DNA from: Enterobacteria phage Ac3
Length of the DNA stretch: 64,000 nucleotides
Sequence record: OK040907
Strand: one strand, 5' to 3'
Shown here piece by piece: positions 1-9,667 of this stretch. A program made the position numbers and the translations under genes. Numbering within the stretch: the first letter of the stretch is position 1; every line of letters starts with the position of its first letter. The notes below the pieces were generated by a model that saw only the letters and a program-made list of their open reading frames with translations, ran no database searches and was not told the DNA's origin.

Positions 1-2178
1 TTAGGCCGCAAGGGCCTTCATAGTTTTAGCGATTTGGGAAACTTCATCATCACTTAAAGAGTTGCGATATCCGATGAAGTCGGAAACAATACGGAATTTC
101 TTGGTAAACTCAGCAACCATTTTATCACTATTTTTTGAAGCATTATTTGATAATACATCAAAAAGATTAGTTACTGTCCAGATATCATGACCGATGGTAT
201 CTTTTCCACCATTAAAATATACACCGCGCAATGAACTAACTATATTAGCGAGTCGTGTATATTCTTCAGAAACTTCATCTGTACTGAAGTACTTCATCAT
301 AAAATCTAGCTCAGGATACTTGATAATTTTATCAATATATCGTTGAGCTGAACTTGAATAACCTACATACTTATCATAATCTACATCATCAAAAGCATCT
401 ATATATAAATCACGCAAAGCTTCAAAAATACATTGGCACTGACCGAGTTCTTTTACCTTTTTCTGTAAAAGCGGACGAATAACATAAAATTCATTAATGC
501 CAATAAGATTAGCCATACGAATCAAAATATTCATAGATGGATGACAAAGAGATGTAGTACCATCCATAGAGAAAATATCAGAACGATGCATATACGCTAC
601 ATAACCAGTAATTTCATCTGCTTCTGACGTAAGTGTAAATAGTTCCTCTTTTTCCCATCGCCCATCTTTAATTTCAAATTTAAATGCTGTAGCAGCTTTA
701 GGACGAGGAGCTTTACTTTTAACTACCTTTGGAATATAGCTTTTAACTAAATTTTCAATTTCTGACAAATAATGAATGTTAACTTCATCACTTTCAAACA
801 TTGCCATAATATCAGGTAGTAAATCAATCTGCGATTCTACTTCCGGATTAATAAACAGAAGACGCTCATTGTGATGAATATTCAAAGTGTTATTAAATTC
901 ACTATCATCTAACGCGTGTGCTAATCCACGGACAATATTAACACGATTTTTAATATTATCAATAACGATATTAATTTTTGTTGTATTAATACCAAACAGA
1001 CGATAACTTGATGCAACGGCTGAAGTTTCATGACTTTGCTTAATGCGTTTCAGTCGAGGGTCAAGATTTACTTCATACACCACGCCTGCATTACATAACT
1101 TACTGTCAGGTTCAAACATGCTCTGCATCTTTTTATATGACAGATTTTTAGTCGTGAATTTGACTGAATTACTAATCATATAATCTCGAGCAGAATACCC
1201 CATCTTCATCAATTCACGATATGTGTGACGGGGAGATGTTGATTCTTTAAATCGTTTTACATCTTCATTAAATGCTTTCTCACTGAGTTCTTTAACTCGT
1301 TCAATAATATTTTTACGAGTACGATCATCCAGCGAAAGAGCCTCGCGAGATGGAGCAATATCAAGTGAACCCATTGGAAACTTAATGTAATTCACTTCAT
1401 TGCGAATGCTTAGCCAGTTACGGTCTCTAATAACACCATCGATAGGATAAACAATACCGCCATAGATAGCATATAATCCACCACGATCTGGCCAGTATCT
1501 TTCTGGATTTACGCCATAATAATCATCAAAATCCGGAAAATAATCAATTTCGCGGTCAAGACCATTAATGATAGCCAAATCTTTGAACGGTCGCATGATA
1601 TAAGAAACTTCATAAGCAAAGTTTCTAAAGTCTTTTTCTTCAACTGGAACTACGATTTCAATACCAGTTTTATCATCTGGACCCATTTCTTTTACGAATG
1701 TAGGTTTAATCTGTGGGCCATCACCATCCATGTAAGCTACATAACCACGAATTTCACCTTTATGATACGAAGTAATACTAAACGTATCAGTATAACTAAA
1801 CGGAGATTTAGAACCTAAACCAAATCCGCCAATGAAATCGTTAGATTCAGCTTTAGATGAACTGAAGTATGAATTATACAAACCAGGAGAATTATCATCA
1901 CCCTGAATATCAAAATCACTCATACCCGGACCAAAATCTCGGCAAACAAATCGTGGATCTAAACGTCCAGGAACTTGAATGATAAATTTTTCAGGATTTC
2001 CATTGAGAGCATGGGCATCAATCATGTTGGTAATCAATTCACGGACTACTGCGCGAATTTTGTTTGTATACAAATCAGACGACAGAATTTTAAATACTTT
2101 AGGAGATGCTGTGATGCTAAATGCTTTTGATTTAGAACCATTACCAAGAATTGTTTCTTTTTCAGTGGTGATAATCAT
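1..2178 (-). CDS. rIIA: rIIA protein (membrane-associated, GHKL-ATPase-like N-terminus)
   Basis: 725-aa ORF with stop at window position 1-3; size and position next to the topoisomerase gene match T4 rIIA; AT-rich native codon usage. Confidence 0.9.
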   Translation of the reverse strand: MIITTEKETILGNGSKSKAFSITASPKVFKILSSDLYTNKIRAVVRELITNMIDAHALNGNPEKFIIQVPGRLDPRFVCRDFGPGMSDFDIQGDDNSPGLYNSYFSSSKAESNDFIGGFGLGSKSPFSYTDTFSITSYHKGEIRGYVAYMDGDGPQIKPTFVKEMGPDDKTGIEIVVPVEEKDFRNFAYEVSYIMRPFKDLAIINGLDREIDYFPDFDDYYGVNPERYWPDRGGLYAIYGGIVYPIDGVIRDRNWLSIRNEVNYIKFPMGSLDIAPSREALSLDDRTRKNIIERVKELSEKAFNEDVKRFKESTSPRHTYRELMKMGYSARDYMISNSVKFTTKNLSYKKMQSMFEPDSKLCNAGVVYEVNLDPRLKRIKQSHETSAVASSYRLFGINTTKINIVIDNIKNRVNIVRGLAHALDDSEFNNTLNIHHNERLLFINPEVESQIDLLPDIMAMFESDEVNIHYLSEIENLVKSYIPKVVKSKAPRPKAATAFKFEIKDGRWEKEELFTLTSEADEITGYVAYMHRSDIFSMDGTTSLCHPSMNILIRMANLIGINEFYVIRPLLQKKVKELGQCQCIFEALRDLYIDAFDDVDYDKYVGYSSSAQRYIDKIIKYPELDFMMKYFSTDEVSEEYTRLANIVSSLRGVYFNGGKDTIGHDIWTVTNLFDVLSNNASKNSDKMVAEFTKKFRIVSDFIGYRNSLSDDEVSQIAKTMKALAA

Positions 2179-2188
2179 AATTTCCTCA

Positions 2189-2392
2189 TTAATTCATATT
2201 ACGCTTAATGACTTCAGCAACTTCTAGTAGTTCATCTTTAGTTGCGGTGTCGGATTGAATTTTATCTCTAATATCTTTAAAGCGGTTTTTAAATTCTTCG
2301 GCTTCTCCCATATCGAAAAAGCGTTGAATGATTCTATATTCTCGATGAACTGCTTTATCAAAAAGTTCTAAATTTACTCTATATGATTTCAT
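2189..2392 (-). CDS. small hypothetical protein in the rIIA.1 position
   Basis: 67-aa ORF directly downstream of early promoter 2418-2447 and upstream of rIIA. Confidence 0.55.
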   Translation of the reverse strand: MKSYRVNLELFDKAVHREYRIIQRFFDMGEAEEFKNRFKDIRDKIQSDTATKDELLEVAEVIKRNMN

Positions 2393-2417
2393 TTCAATAT
2401 CCTCATTTGCCCAATTA

Positions 2418-2447
2418 ATTATACCACATCCTTGTGGTAAAGTAAAC
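2418..2447 (-). promoter_or_regulatory. T4-type early promoter (minus strand: GTTTAC - 18 nt - TATAAT)
   Basis: plus-strand attata at 2418-2423 and gtaaac at 2442-2447; 32 nt identical to 49441-49472. Confidence 0.6.
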
Positions 2448-4267
2448 TACTGGCTCATCCATTCTTTACGAAGGTCAGCATTATCTCCCATGAGCATTTC
2501 AAAAAGCTCTTTCCAGTTCTCAGGAAGTTTAACAACATCATATACTGGATTTTGAATCATCTCACGATATTCAGATTTTTCCAAAGAGCCAAGTCCCTTA
2601 ATATAACGGATACTATGTTTAGGTAGAGCATCTTTAGCACTCTCATATTCAGCGACTGTATAAAACCATTCTTGTTTTTTACCGACCTGAGCGATGATTA
2701 CAGGAGTTTTGACAAAGCGAATTCGTCCTTGCTCAAACAGTTCTGGCCAATTACTAAAAAATCCAAGAAGAGAAGGATAAATGCTTCCTAGACCATCATG
2801 GTCAGCATCAGTCATAATAGCAATATTGCGATAATTCAAGTTTTCAGCTTTTTCACCAAGAACTAGACCAGTGATTGCGCAAATATCAAATAGTTCTTTG
2901 TTTTTAAGCATATCGGCATATGACATACCCCAGCTATTAAGAACTTTACCGCGCAATGGATAACCACCATGAAGTTCTTTATCGCGAACATCAATAAGAT
3001 ATCCGATAGCTGAATCACCCTCAGTCAAGAACAATGTAGTGTCAGCATCTTTACCGCAAAGATTCGCTTTAATATGTTTATGAACCTTAGCTTTAGAAGC
3101 CTTTTTAGCTGCTTTAGTTTCTGCTGCTTTTTCTGCCGCCAATTTACGAGCCAAAGCAGCTTCAATAATCGGCATTAAAATTGCTTCATTATTTAGAATA
3201 GCGCGTGAAATCTTTTTAGCATCAAGCTGAATATGACTACGAATTTCGCCAAATGGAGAAGTCAAACGCTCTTTAGTTTGAGAATCAAATCGCATGTTTT
3301 TCATATCACGAACAAACATAACGATAGTCAAACATTCTTTGACACGTGCTTTAGTTACATCAATTTTGAATTTACGTTTGATTTGTGGAATAAGGTCTTC
3401 ACAAATATCATCCATAACGCAGTCAATGTGATGGCCACCATTCTTAGTGTGAATGTTATTCACGTAAGTTAATTGACGAAATCCATCCGGTGAACGACCA
3501 ACCGCAATAGAACAATTTTCTTGTTCTTGAACGATAGCATGTTCATCATACTGTCGTGCATATTTCTTAAAATTGCCCTGAACCTTTTTACCATTAAAGG
3601 TAAATTGAATATCAGGATAAACGACAGCAAGTGTCTGGAGACGATCCAGTGTAATGTCAAGATAAACCTGGGACAGCTCATTAGTTTCAAATGACATAAA
3701 ATCAGGAATGAAAGTAACACGAGTTCCTTTCCATTTTCCAGGAATAGTTTCCCAGGATTTATTTTCCATACCATTTGAACAACGAACTACAATATTATTT
3801 TGACCATCGCCAGTTTCACCAACAAACATCACAGAAAAAATGTTTGTCAAACTAGAACCAACGCCATTCATACCACCGGTGACGCGTTCTTTATCATCAC
3901 CGAAGTTACCACCTGCTTTTGGAATAGTCCAGGCAGCAACAGGACCAGGAATTTCTTCACCAGTAGGTGTTTTAACCATCGCTTGTGGAATACCACGACC
4001 GTTATCTTCAACTGTTACTTGATTGTTTTTGATAGTAACATTAATTTTATTTGCGAATTTAAACTTAGTACGAATACCTTCATCTACTGAGTTATCGATA
4101 ATTTCATCAATAAGCTTAACAAGACCAGGTACATACTGAACACTTTCCCATTTACCAAACAGAAAGCGCTCATGCATTTCATTAGCAGAAGAGCCAATAT
4201 ACATGCCGCTACGCTTTTTGATATGTTCAATATCGCTCAGAATTTTAATTTCATTCTTAATCATCAC
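2447..4267 (-). CDS. 39: DNA topoisomerase II large subunit, single fused ORF (GyrB-like ATPase plus C-terminal part)
   Basis: 606-aa ORF starting MMIKNEIKILSDIEHIKKRSGMYIGS; continuous ORF without the split gene 39/gene 60 arrangement. Confidence 0.9.
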   Translation of the reverse strand: MMIKNEIKILSDIEHIKKRSGMYIGSSANEMHERFLFGKWESVQYVPGLVKLIDEIIDNSVDEGIRTKFKFANKINVTIKNNQVTVEDNGRGIPQAMVKTPTGEEIPGPVAAWTIPKAGGNFGDDKERVTGGMNGVGSSLTNIFSVMFVGETGDGQNNIVVRCSNGMENKSWETIPGKWKGTRVTFIPDFMSFETNELSQVYLDITLDRLQTLAVVYPDIQFTFNGKKVQGNFKKYARQYDEHAIVQEQENCSIAVGRSPDGFRQLTYVNNIHTKNGGHHIDCVMDDICEDLIPQIKRKFKIDVTKARVKECLTIVMFVRDMKNMRFDSQTKERLTSPFGEIRSHIQLDAKKISRAILNNEAILMPIIEAALARKLAAEKAAETKAAKKASKAKVHKHIKANLCGKDADTTLFLTEGDSAIGYLIDVRDKELHGGYPLRGKVLNSWGMSYADMLKNKELFDICAITGLVLGEKAENLNYRNIAIMTDADHDGLGSIYPSLLGFFSNWPELFEQGRIRFVKTPVIIAQVGKKQEWFYTVAEYESAKDALPKHSIRYIKGLGSLEKSEYREMIQNPVYDVVKLPENWKELFEMLMGDNADLRKEWMSQ

Positions 4268-4316
4268 TTATCCTCGTTTGGTTTCGGGAATATTATACTC
4301 CGGCAATCATAAAGCT

Positions 4317-4334
4317 AAAGGCCCGAAGGCCTTT
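4317..4334 (-). terminator. stable hairpin, UUCG tetraloop on transcribed strand
   Basis: plus aaaggcc-cgaa-ggccttt between lipoprotein gene and gene 39. Confidence 0.45.
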
Positions 4335-4603
4335 TATTTAAAACGAATAGTTGAATCCTTAAAGAACAGCCCAGAACATACTGTTCCTTCTACTTTCTGC
4401 CCAGTAGGTCCAATAGCACGAAATCCAGTATGTTGGAAATCATTTTCAGAGCAACCGAACCAGTTATATCCAGTGATTTCAATATTCGTAAAACCACTTG
4501 ATGATAAAATTTTAGTTGCATTATCAGCATCAGTACATCCTACTAAAGATACTGCTAATACTAATGCTGCAATAGAACGATTAATATATTTCATAGTTTT
4601 CAC
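4334..4603 (-). CDS. small lipoprotein (signal peptide with lipobox LVGC)
   Basis: 89-aa ORF, N-terminal MKTMKYINRSIAALVLAVSLVGC. Confidence 0.6.
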   Translation of the reverse strand: MKTMKYINRSIAALVLAVSLVGCTDADNATKILSSSGFTNIEITGYNWFGCSENDFQHTGFRAIGPTGQKVEGTVCSGLFFKDSTIRFK

Positions 4604-4974
4604 TTAAATTTAATGGCTTGAAGGAGACTAATAATTCTCAAACGGCTTCTTTCATCTTTAACTGTAAAAGAAAGAGGGTCGCCAGATTTCATGGTAATAG
4701 TGCATTCAAAATCAAAATCTTCAGTGACTTCTTCGAAGAAGTCAAATTCTTCATCATAAATTAGAACACTACTTTGCAGACTGTGAAGAGTTTTTCCAGC
4801 ATTTCTGCTAACTGCTGTACTAATCATTGTAACATTATGACCTTTCATATCTTCGACGATAAATTCACTAGTCAATATTACAGCATTAATAGAACTATTC
4901 CTATTACTAGCAGAAAGTAGAAATTTCTGTTCTTCACCTTCACGAATACGATATTTCTTACCAATTTTAAACAT
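4600..4974 (-). CDS. hypothetical protein
   Basis: 124-aa ORF, 4-nt overlap with downstream gene, native codon usage. Confidence 0.55.
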   Translation of the reverse strand: MFKIGKKYRIREGEEQKFLLSASNRNSSINAVILTSEFIVEDMKGHNVTMISTAVSRNAGKTLHSLQSSVLIYDEEFDFFEEVTEDFDFECTITMKSGDPLSFTVKDERSRLRIISLLQAIKFK

Positions 4975-4976
4975 AA

Positions 4977-5153
4977 TTATCCCTTAAGTAAGTCGTAAAA
5001 TCCACCATTCACATGCTTAGGAGCAGAAGGCCGACGAGTAGACAAACGATGACATTTAGGACAAACATCATTTTCTCGTTCAGAAATCTTTTTAATTTTT
5101 TCATATTCATGCCCGCAATCTTTAGATTGGCATTTATAATCATACATCGGCAT
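4977..5153 (-). CDS. small zinc-ribbon protein (CxxC...CxxC)
   Basis: 58-aa ORF below the ORF-track cutoff: MPMYDYKCQSKDCGHEYE...CPKCHR; stop 2 nt before next start. Confidence 0.45.
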   Translation of the reverse strand: MPMYDYKCQSKDCGHEYEKIKKISERENDVCPKCHRLSTRRPSAPKHVNGGFYDLLKG

Positions 5154-5155
5154 AA

Positions 5156-5599
5156 TTATTCCTTAAAATGTGCTTTCAACATCTGATACAAGGACCATGC
5201 CTGTTCATTATTTTCAATAGTAACTTTCATGACTGGAAATTCTGTGAAATCTTCTATTTGTTCTTGCTCTTTCTCTTCCTGCTCTTGCTCTTCAGCTGCC
5301 TGGTATGGATTTTCCACTTCATCAAAGAACACAGCTTCACTCGTTGAAAGCCAGATAAAATCTTCATCCAAAATATCTTTACCAGAAGATAACGCCAATT
5401 TTCCACTAGATGTCACAAGTTTAGTAGGACGACCAAGATAGTCAATATCTGTAACTCTAAAAGGTTCCATACCAAGACGTCGTGCATAAATTCCGTTTTC
5501 AGTATGGTCCTTGATAAAATCTTCTTGAGCTTGTTTATTTTTAAATTGATACCATTTATTAACTTCAAATTTAATAGCCATTAATAAGTTTCCTTCCAA
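5156..5599 (-). CDS. hypothetical acidic protein
   Basis: 147-aa ORF with [12 protein letters not shown] acidic tract. Confidence 0.55.
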   Translation of the reverse strand: MEGNLLMAIKFEVNKWYQFKNKQAQEDFIKDHTENGIYARRLGMEPFRVTDIDYLGRPTKLVTSSGKLALSSGKDILDEDFIWLSTSEAVFFDEVENPYQAAEEQEQEEKEQEQIEDFTEFPVMKVTIENNEQAWSLYQMLKAHFKE

Positions 5600-5796
5600 T
5601 AAGTTGTACCATCTTCAGTAATTTCGCGAAACACACCATAAATTGGTTGTTTATCACCAACTTTTTCGTACACATAAACCGAAGTCAAGTGAGTAAACTT
5701 ATTAGTATGTTCCTTTTGAACTACTACCAGATTTGGATCAAATAATACATCTTCAAATTCGTCATTAGTGCAATTCTGAACAATTTTACGTTTCAT
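5581..5796 (-). CDS. hypothetical protein
   Basis: 71-aa ORF in operon context. Confidence 0.45.
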   Translation of the reverse strand: MKRKIVQNCTNDEFEDVLFDPNLVVVQKEHTNKFTHLTSVYVYEKVGDKQPIYGVFREITEDGTTYWKETY

Positions 5797-5809
5797 TACA
5801 ATTTCCTCA

Positions 5810-6091
5810 TTAATTGAACAGTGGAGCGATGCGTTTCAGAAGAGTAGCAGCACCTTTAGCGAATTTTACATCATGAAAAACAGTTTCTTCTTCCGTTACA
5901 ACACGAACTTTAATGTTTTCACAATCCCAATTTTTACGAACAATCTTCAAAAGCTGCAGTAAATCTTTACATTCAGCAATATCGATAACACATCCACGAG
6001 AATCTTCCATTATCGCACGATAACCGTAAGCCATACCATAATCGTTGAAAGATTGCTCGATGATAATTAAGTTTTCCATTTTATTCTCCAA
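5810..6091 (-). CDS. hypothetical protein
   Basis: 93-aa ORF. Confidence 0.5.
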   Translation of the reverse strand: MENKMENLIIIEQSFNDYGMAYGYRAIMEDSRGCVIDIAECKDLLQLLKIVRKNWDCENIKVRVVTEEETVFHDVKFAKGAATLLKRIAPLFN

Positions 6092-6186
6092 GTTATTTTC
6101 TGTATCAGTAGTTGATATTGATATAGTACCATAATCAACTACTGATGTATATAGTTTTATGAAAAAATTTTAAACTTTATGCAAAT

Positions 6187-6606
6187 TTATGCTAAAGCTG
6201 CTTCGCACCATTTTTTAATTTGGAATTCAGGAACTACCATGAACTGGCCTGCAAAAACAATATTGTAGAGCTTGACACCATCTTCTACCCAACGGTCCGA
6301 AATAAAACCAGCGACTTGATTCGTTGTCCATGGAGTTCCATCTGTTGCCGCCGCAATTGTGAATTTATGGTCTTTTACAACTAAAACTGAAGAACAAAGT
6401 TTCCATTTAAATGCGCTTTCTTCTGGCTCAATGAACTGACTTGAGACATAGCCAATGTTACCATCAGCGTCACGAACTTTAACCTCGTTACGACCAAAAA
6501 CTGGATCACTTACAGAAAGAACTTCAACCAGCTTTCCTGCAACTTTAGAACGAGAAGCAACGGATACATATACGTAATCACCAGTAGAGAGATTTACAAT
6601 ATTCAT
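6187..6606 (-). CDS. hypothetical protein, member 1 of a tandem paralog triplet
   Basis: 139 aa; shares N-terminal S.ASRSK.AG.LVEV motif and C-terminal W.EDG.KLYN.VF.G.F.VV motif with 6616-7089 and 7162-7671. Confidence 0.6.
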   Translation of the reverse strand: MNIVNLSTGDYVYVSVASRSKVAGKLVEVLSVSDPVFGRNEVKVRDADGNIGYVSSQFIEPEESAFKWKLCSSVLVVKDHKFTIAAATDGTPWTTNQVAGFISDRWVEDGVKLYNIVFAGQFMVVPEFQIKKWCEAALA

Positions 6607-6615
6607 AATAATTCC

Positions 6616-7089
6616 TTAAGCTTTACGAGGAGAAGCATAACGAGTGATTTCAGATTCTTCAACAACCCGGAAGTCACCTAAGAATACGATATTGTAGAGC
6701 TTTTCACCATCTTCAACCCATTGGTCTGTGATGAAGCCACACATCCTATCAGTTTTACTTGGACCAGCGAAATCATCAATATAATCGAATTCTTCATCAG
6801 TTACAAATTCAACGCCTTTACACAACGCCCATTTAAATTGTGCATTAGACTCAGTGGATTCAACTTCTTCAACAGAAGTAAAATGAGAGCTAACACGAGT
6901 TTCCAGAAATTTAGGACTTACGTAAGCGTACTGAGTTTCAGTTTTTCCAGAACTAGGAATGATTCGAACTTTAACTTCTTTAACACGACCAGTACCATTA
7001 GTACGAAGTCCTACCACTTCAACTAGACGACCTGCAGCTTTAGAACGAGATGCAGACGATACACGCTTAATTTCACCGATAGTAATCAT
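6616..7089 (-). CDS. hypothetical protein, member 2 of the tandem paralog triplet
   Basis: 157 aa; same shared motifs. Confidence 0.6.
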   Translation of the reverse strand: MITIGEIKRVSSASRSKAAGRLVEVVGLRTNGTGRVKEVKVRIIPSSGKTETQYAYVSPKFLETRVSSHFTSVEEVESTESNAQFKWALCKGVEFVTDEEFDYIDDFAGPSKTDRMCGFITDQWVEDGEKLYNIVFLGDFRVVEESEITRYASPRKA

Positions 7090-7126
7090 AATTTTTCTCT
7101 CTTTGTTGTTAAGATTTATTCTCCAT

Positions 7127-7149
7127 GAGAGCCATTATAACAGGCTCTC
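7127..7149 (-). terminator. intergenic hairpin (7-bp stem, 9-nt loop)
   Basis: gagagcc-attataaca-ggctctc between paralog genes. Confidence 0.3.
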
Positions 7150-7161
7150 TATAAAGTAAAC

Positions 7162-7671
7162 TTAATTAAGGATATTAATTACTGCACTGCGTGGAACTAC
7201 ACTAAAATCACCTGCATGAACAACGTTCAGAAGTTCAACACCATCTTCAAGCCACTGGTCAGTTACCCAACCACTTACTGGACCAGCAAATGGTCGACGA
7301 ATTGAAACAGCTTTACACAACAAGTCAGTAGGCTCGATAGGCTTAACCAGAGTACCGTACATACAAGCAATGTCCATATCAAAGTGGAGACCAGTGCTAA
7401 CAGGTGCTTCTTCAATCAACAATTCGAAATCTTGTTCTGTAATATAGACCGTAGATATTGTACCATATAAGTTTTTAATTCTTAAGAATGATACAGATGA
7501 AGCTGTGGCAGTTGATGCAAAAATAGGACCAGCATTTACAATAGTGAAACCTTTACCTTGGGTAACACCAATAAGCTCGCAAAACTTACTATAAGAACCA
7601 TTATTTGCTTCAAACCAGTTTACTTGCTTTTCGTCTTTCAGGATGTAAGTAGCTGTAGTACTGATATTCAT
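7162..7671 (-). CDS. hypothetical protein, member 3 of the tandem paralog triplet
   Basis: 169 aa; C-terminal WLEDGVELLNVVHAGDFSVVP. Confidence 0.6.
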   Translation of the reverse strand: MNISTTATYILKDEKQVNWFEANNGSYSKFCELIGVTQGKGFTIVNAGPIFASTATASSVSFLRIKNLYGTISTVYITEQDFELLIEEAPVSTGLHFDMDIACMYGTLVKPIEPTDLLCKAVSIRRPFAGPVSGWVTDQWLEDGVELLNVVHAGDFSVVPRSAVINILN

Positions 7672-7683
7672 GATGTTTTCCCC

Positions 7684-8187
7684 TTAATCTAAGGTAATAA
7701 AGCCTTTTAATTCGGCATGTGACTTGCGGAACATTACTTGATGACCGCCAATGATAACTTGGTCATCAGGTACTTCGTATACAGCGAGATAAAATCCTTT
7801 AGAAGCTAATTCTTCGCGCTCTTCTCGTGTGAACCATCTCATCATATCATATTCGCTAGCGAAAGCAAAATGATAAAGAGCTATAAACCATCCTGGAATA
7901 TAGTGATCTACGCCTACATATTCTTCTTTCTCAAAATTAGTATTAATTGCTATATTAGCATTTTTAACTAATAATTTGTCTTCATGCGGCACAGGAATTC
8001 TTTTATTATCATTACTATGATGCATAAAATTGGGTCTGTCATAACCTACGCGTAATAACCACTCTTCGCTCCATGAATCTATTATACTCCTGTATGGCGT
8101 TATTTGAACACAAAGATCTCGACGTATTGTTATAGCATCTTCATAATTAAGAATACTAAATGATGATTCAACACGATAAATTTTCAT
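7684..8187 (-). CDS. hypothetical protein
   Basis: start moved to internal Met (MKIYRVESS) which has GAGGA RBS; the longer ORF start would lie inside promoter 8215-8244. Confidence 0.5.
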   Translation of the reverse strand: MKIYRVESSFSILNYEDAITIRRDLCVQITPYRSIIDSWSEEWLLRVGYDRPNFMHHSNDNKRIPVPHEDKLLVKNANIAINTNFEKEEYVGVDHYIPGWFIALYHFAFASEYDMMRWFTREEREELASKGFYLAVYEVPDDQVIIGGHQVMFRKSHAELKGFITLD

Positions 8188-8214
8188 TTTATTATCCTCA
8201 GTAGCTATGGTGTT

Positions 8215-8244
8215 ATAATACCACAACTAACCGAGGAAGTAAAT
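8215..8244 (-). promoter_or_regulatory. early-type promoter (ATTTAC - 18 nt - TATTAT)
   Basis: plus ataata 8215-8220, gtaaat 8239-8244. Confidence 0.45.
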
Positions 8245-8250
8245 AACTTT

Positions 8251-8934
8251 TTATCGTTTTGTTGGAAGAGATAGAGGATCGCATTCTTCCTCTGATGGAG
8301 CGTCTTCAAGACCCATAGCATAGCGCAAAGCATACTTCATCATCAGGATGTCTTTCGCACAGTCATGAATAGAATCATGCGCAACGAATCCATCTAAAGT
8401 TCCTTTTGGAAGAGGACACGTGGTCATATCACGAACAAGGAGAAGTGCTTCAATTCTGGTACGAATATCACGCTGATTCCAGAATTTACATGGTTCTAAC
8501 TTAAATGTGTCAAGCTCATTCTCGGAAACGCCGTTAAGACGTTGAATATCGCGAATGAGATCGACTAAAATTGGAAAATCAAACGACATTCCACGGCACC
8601 AGCCTTGAGATTTCCAAGGATCGATATTATGCGCATTGATGTAATCATTAAATTTTGCAATACCATCGATAGTGCTTACATCTTCATCTGATGGCGCAAT
8701 ATTTTTTCGAGCTTCAGGAGATTGATTCTTCCACCATTCGATAGTGCTTTTAGTAAAAAGACGATGTCCTTTTTGGCTTTTTAAATCAAATTTGATTTTA
8801 ATGCCACGTGAAACTAATTCATCAAATGTTTCAACGACTTCTGGATTAGGGTCAAAAGCAATTACAGCCAAATCAATAACAGCTGCTTTTTCACCGCTTC
8901 CCATTGTTTCAAAATCTATAATAAAATCAAACAT
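8251..8934 (-). CDS. dexA: exonuclease A (DnaQ-like 3'-5' exonuclease)
   Basis: 227-aa ORF MFDFIIDFETMGSG...; size and position before dda match T4 dexA. Confidence 0.85.
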   Translation of the reverse strand: MFDFIIDFETMGSGEKAAVIDLAVIAFDPNPEVVETFDELVSRGIKIKFDLKSQKGHRLFTKSTIEWWKNQSPEARKNIAPSDEDVSTIDGIAKFNDYINAHNIDPWKSQGWCRGMSFDFPILVDLIRDIQRLNGVSENELDTFKLEPCKFWNQRDIRTRIEALLLVRDMTTCPLPKGTLDGFVAHDSIHDCAKDILMMKYALRYAMGLEDAPSEEECDPLSLPTKR

Positions 8935-9176
8935 TAAATTTTGCGAGCCAGATCACGGATCTGACCAACAGTGTAGTCCTGGATGTACACTTTGTTGATC
9001 GGTTCATCGATGAATTTTGCCATGCTTTCGATATCCTTTTGGATCTCTTCCAGAGAGTAAACAATTTTCAGCGCTTTTTCGCGAATCGTAACGTTGTCCG
9101 GACCCGGGTTCTCCTGGATTACTGCTTTAACGTTCGTCATCAGAGATTTGAACTGATACCAAGACAGCTCAATCAT
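8934..9176 (-). CDS. small hypothetical protein in the dexA.1 position, with E. coli-optimised-looking codon usage
   Basis: 80 aa from internal Met MIELSWYQF; ctg/ccg/cgt-rich codons unlike neighbours; paralog pattern with 9169-9429; ATGATTGA overlap upstream and TAATG overlap with dexA. Confidence 0.55.
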   Translation of the reverse strand: MIELSWYQFKSLMTNVKAVIQENPGPDNVTIREKALKIVYSLEEIQKDIESMAKFIDEPINKVYIQDYTVGQIRDLARKI

Positions 9177-9429
9177 TAATAATCGCCTCATAAAGATAGC
9201 TAATTTCGCCTAAAACGTAATCATTGATTGTAACAGTTTTCACTTCACCACAAAAGAATTCTAACGCAATTAAATCTCGTTCAATTTCTTCTAATTGAAG
9301 CATCAACTTACTAGATTCAATTTTTACAGTTTCACGATTTTTACCATGAGCAATTTCATAAATTTCGCTCACTTTATCTTGAAGCAGATAAAACTGGTCT
9401 TTAGTTATTTCCACGAATAGCTTCCTCAA
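9169..9429 (-). CDS. small hypothetical protein (paralog of 8934-9176)
   Basis: 86-aa ORF, native AT-rich codons, shared LEEI...DY..G.I pattern. Confidence 0.55.
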   Translation of the reverse strand: MRKLFVEITKDQFYLLQDKVSEIYEIAHGKNRETVKIESSKLMLQLEEIERDLIALEFFCGEVKTVTINDYVLGEISYLYEAIIND

Positions 9430-9661
9430 ATTTAATTAGTAATTTACAGACACTTTCATCTAGTGTAATTACCGTATCTGTATTACTGTGATATGATTGT
9501 TTTTCAATTCGTTTAATTGCTAATATAGTATCACTTATAAGATAAAGCTTATGAAGGAGCTCAGCTCCTGTTACCATAACATCGAGATTATCTTGCTTAT
9601 TAGTATGCTTCCTTATACCATCTATTAGACGATTTAAATATTTTGAATTGATGTTAATCAT
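9401..9661 (-). CDS. small hypothetical protein
   Basis: 86-aa ORF upstream in same operon. Confidence 0.5.
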   Translation of the reverse strand: MININSKYLNRLIDGIRKHTNKQDNLDVMVTGAELLHKLYLISDTILAIKRIEKQSYHSNTDTVITLDESVCKLLIKFEEAIRGNN

Positions 9662-9667
9662 ATAGCC

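Noticed and set aside
3233-4090. Several 60-101-aa ORFs on both strands inside the topoisomerase gene
   Set aside because: Fully nested within a well-supported 606-aa gene; no RBS or conservation signal.
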